The notes beneath the pieces were generated by a model that had not been told where the DNA came from, made no database searches, and saw only the letters and a list, made by a program, of their open reading frames with translations. Shown one piece after another: positions 51,701 through 62,607 of a stretch of DNA of 64,000 bases. Position 1 is the first letter of the stretch. Each line of letters begins with the position of its first letter. The position numbers were made by a program, and so were the translations under genes. The DNA is from Nemertoderma westbladi (taxonomy: Eukaryota > Animalia > Xenacoelomorpha), in contig JAUCBJ010007122.1 of NCBI GenBank assembly GCA_032718475.1, positions 1 through 64,000 on the forward strand, read 5' to 3'.

Positions 51701-54207
51701 AATTAACTTACACACTAATATATATCATTGTAAAGTAACTTACACACTAATATATATCATGGCAAAGTAACTTACACACTAATATATATCTTGTAAAGTA
51801 ACTTACACACTATATCATTGTAAAGTAACTTACACACTAATATATATCTTGTAAAGTAACTTACACACTATATCATTGTAAAGTAACTTACACACTAATA
51901 TATATCATTGTAAAGTAACTTGCACACTAATATATATCATTGTAAAGTAACTTACACACTAATATATATCATTGTAAAGTAACTTGCACACTAATATATA
52001 TCATTGTAAATTAACTTACACACTAATATATATCATTGTAAAGTAACTTACACACTAATATATATCATGGCAAAGTAACTTACACACTAATATATATCTT
52101 GTAAAGTAACTTACACACTATATCATTGTAAAGTAACTTACACACTAATATATATCTTGTAAAGTAACTTACACACTATATCATTGTAAAGTAACTTACA
52201 CACTAATATATATCATTGTAAAGTAACTTACACACTATTATATATCATTGTAAAGTAACTTACACACTAATATATATCACTATAAAGTAACTTACACACT
52301 CATGTATATCACTATAAAGTAACTTACACACTAATATATATCACTGTAAAGTAACTTGCACACTAATATATATCATTGTAAAGTAACTTACACATTAATA
52401 TATATCATTGTAAAGTAACTTACACACTAATATATATCACTATAAAGTAACTTACACACTAATATATATCATTGTAAAGTAACTTACACACTAATATATA
52501 TCACTGTAAAGTAACTTACACACTAATATATATCATTGTAAAGTAACTTACACATTAATATATATCAATGTAAAGTAACTTACACACTAATATATATCAT
52601 TGTAAAGTAACTTACACACTAATACATATCATTGTAAAGTAACTTACACACTAATACATATCATTGTAAAGTAACTTACACACCAATATATATCATTGTA
52701 AAGTAACTTACACACTAATATATATCACTATAAAGTAACTTACACACTCATATATATCGTTGTAAAGTAACTTACACACTAATATATATCATTGTAAATT
52801 AACTTACACACTAATATATATCACTATAAAGTAACTTACACACTAATAAATACGGTATCACTGTAAAGTAACCAACACACTAATATATATCATTGTAGGT
52901 AACTTACACACTCATATATATGATTGTAATTGTAAAGTAACTTACACACTAATATATACCATTGTAAAGTAACTTACACACTAATATATATCATTGTGAA
53001 GTAACTAACACACTAATATATATCATTGTAAAGTAACTTACACACTAATATATATCATTGTAAAGTAACTTACACACTCATATATATGATTGTAAAGTAA
53101 CTTATACACTAATATATATCATTGTAAAGTAACTTACATACTAATATATATCATTGTAAATTAACTTACACACTAATATATATCACTATAAAGTAACTTA
53201 CACACTAATAAATACGGTATCACTGTAAAGTAACTAACACACTAATATATATCATTGTAAAGTAACTTACACACTAATATATACCATTGTAAAGTAACTT
53301 ACACACTAATATATATCATTGTAAAGTAACTAACACACTAATATATATCATTGTAAAGTAACTTACACACTAATATATATCATTGTAAAGTAACTTACAC
53401 ACTCATATATATGATTGTAAAGTAACTTATACACTAATATATATCATTGTAAAGTAACTTACACACTAATATATATCATTGTAAAGTAACTAACACACTA
53501 ATATATATCATTGTAAAGTAACTTACACACTAATATATATCATGGTAAAGTAACATACACACTAATATATATCATTGTAAAGTAACTAACACACTAATAT
53601 ATATCACTGTAAAGAAACTAACACACTAATATATATCATTGTAAAGTAACTTACACACTAATATATATCATTGTAAAGTAACTTACACACTAATATATAT
53701 CACTGTAAAGAAACTTACACACTCATATATATGATTGTAAAGTAACTTACACACTAATATATATCACTATAAAGTAACTTACACACTAATATATATCATT
53801 GTAAAGTAACTTACACACTAATATATATCACTGTAAAGAAACTAACACACTAATATATATCATTGTAAAGTAACTTACACACTAATATATATCATTGTAA
53901 AGTAACTAACACACTAATATATATCACTGTAAAGAAACTAACACACTAATATATATCATTGTAAAGTAACTTACACACTAATATATATCACTGTAAAGAA
54001 ACTAACACACTAATATATATCATTGTAAAGTAACTTACACACTAATCACTATAAAGTAACTTACACATACACAGTAACTTACACACTAATATATATCATT
54101 GTAAAGTAACTTACACACTAATATATATCACTATAAAGTAACTTACACACTAATATATATCACTGTAAAGAAACTAACACACTAATATCATTGTAAAGTA
54201 ACTTATA
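45791..54207. repeat. 32-bp AT-rich satellite, ~8.4 kb, interrupted at 51121-~51620
   Basis: ATTGTAAAGTAACTTACACACTAATATATATC with 26-bp and point variants. Near-palindromic core TGTAAAGTAACTTACA. Confidence 0.98.
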
Positions 54208-54959
54208 CCAGTGTATCTCAGCGATTATCGATGGGAGAACGATTAACTGTCCACCGATGGAACTTCTATAGACTAACTTATTAATGTGCATCGTAACTGT
54301 ACACTAAAGAAAAAGTAGCACGGTAGACATAAAGTATGGGTCTCTAAAACCTGGTCCGGTCCAGCTATCTCATCAATGCTAGTTTATTGAGAATAATAAT
54401 TGTACCAGGGGCTATTGTCCAGCTTAGATTGGCCAATGAAAAATACTCCAGCCATGAAACAAAGCTTATCTATCGCTTTTTGAAATTTTTTTTGGAATTT
54501 TTTAAGCAGACCTTGCTAAATACTTAGAACCCAGGGGTCATCAGGTCCCAATTGGAAAGGAGCAGGTTACAGAGGCGCGTATTGGGCGGACCAAAACGAT
54601 AGTTAACCCCTAACACCGGTCCGGTATACCCCATAGACTAGCATTGGGACAGTAGGAAGGGTCTATCCACCTGGGACTGGTCGGTGTTTTAGGTAGACCT
54701 ATAAATAGACGATGGAGCGGCGGTACATGTAATAGTACACTTTGCTTGCTTGATTAATTAAACAAAAGCTGGCAAACCAATTGAGCTTGAAAAGACGACA
54801 CCAAAAATATAGATAATAACTTTATAAAAAAAACATAAATAAACGCTGCACTTCTGGTCCACAGTCCCGGATATTCTTTTTTTGGTTATTATTTCAAAGT
54901 TTTCAAACTTCCTAAAATCAATAATCCATAACAAATACGGCACCGCTACATATATATAC

Positions 54960-55184
54960 CACCGGGTAAATAAACTAAACGACTGGGTATATAAACTCAA
55001 TGACCGGGTATATAAACTCAACGACCGGGTATATAAACTAAACGACCGGGTATATAAACTAAACGACCAGGTATATAAACTAAACGACCGGGTATATAAA
55101 CTCAACGACCGGGTATATAAACTAAACGACCGGGTATATAAACTAAACGACCGGGTATATAAACTAAACGACCGGGTATATAAA
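54960..55184. repeat. 21-bp tandem repeat (~10 copies)
   Basis: GACCGGGTATATAAACTAAAC. Confidence 0.95.
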
Positions 55185-55441
55185 CCAGACCAGCTCAGAC
55201 CAGTGACCTATAAGCGCACTGGCTGAACACGAGGTGAGTTGTTCAAAGAGGCAAATGTCTGTAGTTCAAAATACAGTAGGAACTAGAGCAGACACACGGC
55301 GGTTAAATATTAAACAAACAGCGATAGGGTTTACAATTCCACCACGGTATCAGCAGTATATACTAACCAGCACCAAGACACACTGTCAACGATAGATGTA
55401 CGGCGTAGTTCCGTTCAGGTTCAATTAATATATATACCATT

Positions 55442-55473
<32 letters not shown>

Positions 55474-56369
55474 CATGAACTTATTCAATGCAACTCAACA
55501 AACAACTTAAAATCAATAGAGTGAGATATAGCAGTGCAGTTTATAATTATTGAATATAACACCAATGACATTAATGAGACTAAAACCAATTAGCACTAAT
55601 AAATTGAAGGTCTACTTAACCTAAATGATTATGGCATTGCAACAAAAAAATATAACAAAGCGGCCCTTTGCATTATATAGGCTAATTACGAAAAAAAGGC
55701 ACAATTCAAAATGATATGTAACTTCAACCTGTATAGACAAACTAGGTAGGTAGGCTAGGCGGTACTGAGGTATTAATATAACCACGACACCACACATATA
55801 GACTTATACCGAATATATGATATAAAAATAAGTCCTATATATACCTGTACACCTGCATCCCTGCAGCCTAGTGAGAAACCCCAAACTTATAGAAAAAGGA
55901 TTCAGCAAAACAAATAAGTAAGAAACGCATGCGAATGCTAATGTTCTATATCGGTCATAGTCAGGATGTTGATACAATTACTGCCTAACAATGCCAGCCA
56001 AACCGAGCTCGCGGTAGCTCTGATTGATTACGCACGGGAGGCAGCAGAACGAGGCTATCAGATCGCCAAGGAATCCTCCATCAATTCCTTTTTGTTCCCT
56101 AACCTGTAACGCAAATATAAATAATTACATACCGGTCTGCCGGTATCGGATCCCACCCACTGTTTAATTAAGTGCCCTGCCCAGTGGCTATTGACCTTGA
56201 CCTTGTTTATTGGCGCCCAATGATAGATAAAATACAAATATTTGTTACATACATCAGGAACAACACTAAAAATGTACAACAGTTTAAGATGGGTCCTACT
56301 AATTAGCCCAACCTACCACAATCTACCCCAACCTACCACAATCTACCCCAACAATTCGATAGAGGCATA

Positions 56370-56962
56370 TAATTACCACAATATTATTTTACATTGGTAT
56401 CTAATTACCACAATATACAGAACTCAAGTGTCTATTTACCACAAGACTACACTGCATCTAATTACCACAATATTATTTTTTATTTTACATTGGCATCTAA
56501 TTACCACAATATAAAGAACGCAAGTGTCTATTTACCACAAGACTACACTGCATCTAATTACCACAATATTATTTTACAATGGCATCTAATTACCACAATA
56601 TACAGAACTCAAGTGTCTATTTACCACAAGACTACACTGCATCTAATTACCACAGTCCACAATATTATTTTACATTGGCATCTAATTACCACAATATACA
56701 GAACTCAAGTGTCTATTTACCACAAGACTACACTGCATCTAATTACCACAATATTATTTCACATTGGTATCTGATTACCACAATATACAGAACTCAAGTG
56801 TCTATTTACCACAAGACTACACTGCATCTAATTACCGGTACCACAATATTATTTTACAATGGCATCTAATTACCACAATATACAGAACTCAAGTGTCTAT
56901 TTACCACAAGACTACACTGCATCTAATTACCACAATATTATTTTACATTGGCATCTAATTAC
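56370..56962 (+). repeat. 89-bp satellite, left arm (~6.5 copies)
   Basis: Unit of three TTACCACAA-containing subrepeats. Confidence 0.95.
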
Positions 56963-57479
56963 CCACCAACGCTGATATTACTTAATTCTATTTACCTTTT
57001 AACTTAGGCCTATCTGTGATCTCTGATGTTTTTCGGTGATTGTCTTACATGACTTTATAATTGATACAATTTAATTACACACAAACATTAGTAAATAAAA
57101 TAAAATACAAAATATGTCTAAAATTGTCTGTGTCTGTCTTTGTTGGCAAAAGCTAAAATTATAATAAAAAAATCAAATAAAGTACAGTATATTTTCTGAA
57201 TGGGCATTGATCAGTTGCTTATAAATATAATCCAAGGGCAAGGGTTCTGTTGTGCTCTGGGATATGTGGGCACAGTTTACTGTAGGATGACAATTGGCAG
57301 TGGAGAATGATATTTATATCATAAGCAACATTTACAGTAGCAAATATGTGGAAGAATTATTTCAATCCATCATTATTCGTGGAAGAGTTTCAGCGAGAAG
57401 AATCAAAATTATGTCAACCTCATACTGTACAAATTTCAACAGAATGGACGTGATTAATTACATTAAATCGAAGGTTGCT

Positions 57480-58255
57480 TAGCACCCGTCGCACCGACTC
57501 GGCACCTGCGCCAGGGCCCAGGGGGCGGCCGTACTGGATCGCCAGCGCATCCCGGAACTCCATGGGGGAGAGATCAAGTTGGTGTTTGGCTATCGGGAGG
57601 GAGGAAATCCACCCACTGGAGCGGAAGTTGGCGGCGCGCTCGACCATCTAATGGCGGGCCTGTGGGAACTCGTCCAGCACAGCCTCCAAACTGGCCTTCT
57701 CCCTTCCGAGCTGTTGGTCCTGTCCTTCTTTCCGCGCTCGCTGTAAACAGTTACGGTGGTCTGTGAGCGAGAACTGCCGATCTCCAAATAGCGACTGCGC
57801 GATAGTCCAGGTTCCAGCTCGTGATATGTCGAACAAGTGGGCCGCCTCGGACACCGGGTTCCGCAGTCCAAGACCTGCAGTGCGAGGGGAGAGGCCGAAC
57901 AGACAACGCTCGTTTGGGGATATCGGTCCGCCAAACACTGCGGGAAGGAAACGCTCAGTCAGCGCGTCCTCCAGCACCTGGTACTCGTCGTGACAGTCTG
58001 GGGTTACGTGCTGGAGGTAGGCCCACTCCCGTTGGAGGGAGCCGGCCATGGCAGCGAACGCGGCTTGGGGTGGGCCTCGGCCATCTCGGAGAGACGATCA
58101 ACCGATGCGACCCACGCAGCAGCTTTGGCCTGAACGTAACCCACTCGCTCTGCAGTCCCACCAAGATACCCGCCCAGGAAACGGTGACCCGATACTATGT
58201 TTATCTCCAGGCCAGCGAAAACTCTACGAGCCTCCTCCTCGTACTGTGGAGCTAC
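57480..58255 (-). pseudogene. Deleted fragment of a second, diverged CRE-clade retrotransposon
   Basis: GHRFLGG, SLQREWAYLQ, LSPRTAGLGLRNP, DLSPMEFRDALAIQYG. Homologous to but distinct from the 59182-62607 protein. Confidence 0.88.
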
Positions 58256-59018
58256 GATATATATATTGTATATATATTGTGGTAATTAGACTTTAGTGAA
58301 GTCTTGTGGTAATTAGACACTGAGTATTAATAACTACCGTACTGTATATTGTGGTAATTAGATGCCATTGTAAAATAATATTGTGGTAATTAGATGCAGT
58401 GTAGTTTTGTGGTAAATAGACACTTGAGTTCTGTATATTGTGGTAATTAGATGCCAATGTAAAATAATATTGTGGTAATTAGATGCAGTGTAGTCTTGTG
58501 GTAAATAGACACTTGAGTTCTGTATACATATTGTGGTAATTAGATGCCAATGTAAAATAATATTGTGGTAATTAGATGCAGTGTAGTCTTGTGGTAAATA
58601 GACACTTGAGTTCTGTATATTGTGGTAATTAGATGCCAATGTAAAATAATATTGTGGTAATTAGATGCAGTGTAGTCTTGTGGTAAATAGACACTTGAAT
58701 TCTGTATATTGTGGTTATTAGATGCCAATGTAAAATCATATTGTGGTAATTAGATGCAGTGTAGTCTTGTGGTAAATAGACACTTCTGTTCTGTATATTG
58801 TGGTAATTAGACGCCATTGTAAAATAATATTGTGGTAATTAGATGCAGTGTAGTCTTGTGGTAAATAGACACTTGCGTTCTGTATATTGTGGTAATTAGA
58901 TGCCAATGTAAAATAATATTGTGGTAATTAGATGCAGTGTAGTCTTGTGGTAAATAGACACTTGCATTCTGTATATTGTGGTAATTAGATGCCAATGTAA
59001 AATAATATTATGGTAATT

Positions 59019-62000
59019 TTTTTTTTATTCCGATATGTATATTATAATTATCGCAAAAACGCACTAAATGATCAATAGCATATTGCTTGCAGTACAGATG
59101 GTAACAACTCCATTACACAGTTACAATGAGCAATAATTATGTAATATACCATACCAGTCCCCGCATAATCGATCAAACACTCTAAGCAAAGCCCCCTGGT
59201 ATCCCGGCGCCGTCCTCAAGCCCCAAACCGCTTCGCCATCTCACCCGCGACCCTCGCAGGCAATGGGAAGTGCCGCGGATTATCGCGAACGATATGCGTG
59301 CACGCACCCACCCCATTACCGAACTGTATGGTTTCCCCCAGTTGGTGTGTAGGCGGTCTGCGATGATTCGCAACAGCTTATTGGCCTGCGGTGCCAGTAT
59401 GCCGTCGCATGAGGCGACGAAAGGGGAGAAATCACCTCGGCGGGCGGAAACTGCGGCTGTATATAAGCGTTTCTTCTCCTCTTCCGCTGACTCCAATACC
59501 GACCTCACGGAGCGCCCAGCATAAGACACGGCGTCAAGGTTAATTGTACGTATGTCAATCAACGCCTGTGTCTGGGTACTGAACGCTCCCCTAATGCCGA
59601 CATCGCATCGCAGACCAGCCCCGTCGCCATCCTCGTGCTGCTCGCGGACCACTGGCTCGAGCATAACGTTTCGCGGTCCGAATGCCAGGGCCGCGAGGTC
59701 ACCGACTGCGTCGCGGAGCTCGTTGTGACGCTGAATCACTAGACCACCCTTCTTACAATTCAACCCGTGGTTGAGATCAAACCCAGCGCCACAACCGTCG
59801 CATCTGCAAGGGACACCTACGAGGGGTCTACCATACCGAACAGCCACAGCGTCCCTAAACTCCCGGGGTGAGAGGTCAAACTGGTGTTCGGCTACCGGAA
59901 GAGAGGATAGCCAGCCGCCGGTCCTGAACTCCGCCGCCCGTTGGACAGCGACACGCTGGTGCTCCGCCATTCCTTCCAACGCTTCCTCCTGCTGGGCTTT
60001 CTCCATACCCTGCCTCTCTTTCCGAGATGTCATGCGCGCTCCCTCCATGCACTTCAGGTGGGTGGCTAAGGAGAATGGCTCCTTCCCGGCGATCGCGTTC
60101 ACCAGCGACTGTGTCCCAAGTTCTGATACAGCAAAGTTGGTATCGGCCTCGTTAACCGGGTTCCGCAACCCCAGACCACCCATTCGCGGAGACAGGGCAA
60201 ACAACTTGAGTTCTGGTTGCGAAATTCGCCCATCGAAGACTGCCGGCAGGAACCTATCGCTGATCGCTTCCTCTAGCACATCGAACTGACTGCTGCAGTC
60301 TGGGACAACGCGTTGGAGGTATGCCCACTCCCGTTGGAGTGAGCAAACTACGGCTGAGAAAGCAGCGTGGGGTTGGGCCTCCGCCACCTCGGCCATCTTG
60401 TCTACTGAGGCTACCCAGGATGCGATTTTGGCGCCGACATACTTCACACACTCCGACTCGCTACCAATAAACCCGCCCAGAAATCGGTGTCCTGTAACGA
60501 TGTTAATATTGTGCTCGGCGAATACACTTTGGGCTTCCTCCAGAAACTCCGGAGCCACAACGAGAAAGCTCTTGGCGGACTGAGGGTAATATCCGAGAGC
60601 AGGGCCCAGACGAAGTAAGTGCTCGTACCACTCGAGAATATCCTGGAGCTTTCCGGCACCTGAAGAGTCGTCAGCGAACCAACTTTGGCGAACCTTAAGT
60701 GATGGCAACTCGTGGATTAAAGGGAGGATGCCTGAAGCGTAAAAAGGCATAGCTAAAGGATCTCCTTGTGTTACACCCTCTTCGCTGAACAGCACAGCAT
60801 CGGTTCCCTTTATTGTCAGAATGCTGTGTCCACGGTAACAGTTGAAGAGAAACATTGAACATCGAGGCCACAGCTGCCTGACGTTCCACAAGGCTGCGAC
60901 TCGGTTCAGCGAATTGAAGGCATTAGCTGCATCAACCATAATAATGCCCCATCCATCCTCACTATGTTCGTCGAAGACCGAGCGCATTGAATGTACCCCG
61001 GCCTCCACACCTGCCATCACGCCCGCAGATAACTGCTCTGCGCCACACGTAGTGGTGACATCATCTCCAGTTGCTTCTGCCATTGATCTACCCAAGATTC
61101 GGCGGAGGCACTCCCCTATGCCTATGGGCCTAACCCCGGGGCACTTATCGAGGGCAATAAGTCTGCTAGCCATCAACGACCGAACTGATTCCCATGGCAC
61201 TACACTGTTAGCACGTGAACACGCAATAGAGGCAATAGATTCGCGTAAACGCTGGCTATGTGCCCCATACCGGATAAGGTAGTCCCGCCAGCGTGTTGAG
61301 TCGCTACCGGCTGGCCCACCACTCCCTTTCAGTCGCCGCGCTGTCGACTCTATGTGCGCGGCTGTGATCTCGACATCAACCCGAAGTGGCAACTCATCAT
61401 CACACACTAATAAGGCCTCGGCTTTGGGTGCAGCTGCTGCTGGATGCTTCTCGCTGAGAACATCAAGGACTCTCACCCGCTGTTGGTTTACTTCAATTTC
61501 CGATTCCGGATCTAGAACATTACCGGTCTCACGCCCCGTGACCCAGCGAACAGCACTCCTTACCTTCCCTTCCATCATGAGCCTAGAGAAAATTCGAATG
61601 GTCTGTTCTTTTTCCTGCTGGTTCGACTTCGTGGTTGATCGCCTGTTGGAGCCAATTCGCAGTGAGCAGCGTTCAGCCTCGACGACCAACATCTCTACCT
61701 GGCTGGAGCGCCACATCCCCAACCTCCGGCTTATTAGCCGTCGTATGTCTGCGGCCTTGGTTACCTTCGGATCGCGGTGTAGGATGAGGGAGTCGGCTAG
61801 TAGTAGTCTCTCAGAGCGAGCGTTGGTCGCATTGTGGTTCAGACCGGAAACAAAGGCCTTGGCCTCTGCGTCCAAGAGCGAGACTACATCCCGCCCTATA
61901 GCGCCTCCGGGCAGTCGATATTTAGACCCTTTTAGTTGGGTTATCCGTCGCCATTGATCCATTAGCCCATCAGGTGGGGTCCCTTTGCCCACAAGTGTGG

Positions 62001-62607
62001 CGCCAAATGCTCTTAACATGAGTTCGTCTGGGTCCGCGTGGGGTCCATAATTCTGTGATGCAGTATTACATGGGGGCCAGGACTTAGATAGTGGGCTAGG
62101 AAAGGCGGCGCCTGTCGTGGGCGCTGTGGGCGAGGAGGCAACTGTCGGGGTCGCTGTAATCGAGACGGCGCCAGTTCGGGGCGCTGTAGACGAGGAGGCG
62201 CCTGTCGCGGGCACTGTAGACGAGGCGGCGGCTGTTGGGGGCGCTGTATCCGAGGCGGCGCCTGTCGGGGGCGCAGTAGACGAGGCGGCGCCTGTCGGGG
62301 GCGCTGTGGCCGAGGTGGCGCCCGCCGGTGGCACTGTAGACGTGGCGGCGCCTGTCGGGGGCGCTGTAGCCGAGGCGGCGCCTGTTGGGGGCGCGGTAGA
62401 CGAGGCGGCGCCTGTCGGGGGCGCTGTAGCCGAGGCAGCGCCGGTCGGGGGCGCTGTAGACGAGGCTGCACTTGTTGGCGGCGCTGTAGACAGTTCGGCG
62501 CCATTCAACTCCTCTGTGGATCCCACGACCTCGGTCACCCCAGCATCAGGCGCCGTGATGTCGGGTTGATCGGCCCCGTTTGGACCGAGAGTATAGTCTA
62601 GATCCGT
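59019..62607 (-). mobile_element. CRE-clade (RLE-type) non-LTR retrotransposon, probably 5'-truncated
   Basis: Poly(A) tail at 59017-59026. 13-bp TSD TATTATGGTAATT at 59006-59018 and 62608-62620, a satellite variant seen only at these junctions. Confidence 0.9.
59182..62607 (-). CDS. CRE ORF: Ala/Pro/Thr repeat, RT, CCHC knuckle, restriction-like endonuclease; uninterrupted
   Basis: RPIGIGECLRR, DAANAFNS, GVTQGDPL, FADD, RFLG, GGLGL, CDGC..HGLNC, RHNELRD, RCD..D, KKRLY. 30-bp (10-aa) repeats at ~62110-62490. Confidence 0.92.
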   Translation of the reverse strand, partial: TDLDYTLGPNGADQPDITAPDAGVTEVVGSTEELNGAELSTAPPTSAASSTAPPTGAASATAPPTGAASSTAPPTGAASATAPPTGAATSTVPPAGATSATAPPTGAASSTAPPTGAASDTAPPTAAASSTVPATGASSSTAPRTGAVSITATPTVASSPTAPTTGAAFPSPLSKSWPPCNTASQNYGPHADPDELMLRAFGATLVGKGTPPDGLMDQWRRITQLKGSKYRLPGGAIGRDVVSLLDAEAKAFVSGLNHNATNARSERLLLADSLILHRDPKVTKAADIRRLISRRLGMWRSSQVEMLVVEAERCSLRIGSNRRSTTKSNQQEKEQTIRIFSRLMMEGKVRSAVRWVTGRETGNVLDPESEIEVNQQRVRVLDVLSEKHPAAAAPKAEALLVCDDELPLRVDVEITAAHIESTARRLKGSGGPAGSDSTRWRDYLIRYGAHSQRLRESIASIACSRANSVVPWESVRSLMASRLIALDKCPGVRPIGIGECLRRILGRSMAEATGDDVTTTCGAEQLSAGVMAGVEAGVHSMRSVFDEHSEDGWGIIMVDAANAFNSLNRVAALWNVRQLWPRCSMFLFNCYRGHSILTIKGTDAVLFSEEGVTQGDPLAMPFYASGILPLIHELPSLKVRQSWFADDSSGAGKLQDILEWYEHLLRLGPALGYYPQSAKSFLVVAPEFLEEAQSVFAEHNINIVTGHRFLGGFIGSESECVKYVGAKIASWVASVDKMAEVAEAQPHAAFSAVVCSLQREWAYLQRVVPDCSSQFDVLEEAISDRFLPAVFDGRISQPELKLFALSPRMGGLGLRNPVNEADTNFAVSELGTQSLVNAIAGKEPFSLATHLKCMEGARMTSRKERQGMEKAQQEEALEGMAEHQRVAVQRAAEFRTGGWLSSLPVAEHQFDLSPREFRDAVAVRYGRPLVGVPCRCDGCGAGFDLNHGLNCKKGGLVIQRHNELRDAVGDLAALAFGPRNVMLEPVVREQHEDGDGAGLRCDVGIRGAFSTQTQALIDIRTINLDAVSYAGRSVRSVLESAEEEKKRLYTAAVSARRGDFSPFVASCDGILAPQANKLLRIIADRLHTNWGKPYSSVMGWVRARISFAIIRGTSHCLRGSRVRWRSGLGLEDGAGIPGGFA

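Noticed and set aside
54758-55226. ORFs with RVYKLND / SLYTRSF repeats
   Set aside because: Artefacts of the 21-bp tandem repeat. A hAT-like end CAGTGCGCTTATAGG at ~55220 has no clear partner.
59270-62569. Antisense and alternate-frame ORFs over the CRE gene (and similar ones over the other LINE and BEL genes)
   Set aside because: Shadow ORFs of GC-rich coding sequence with no independent motifs.
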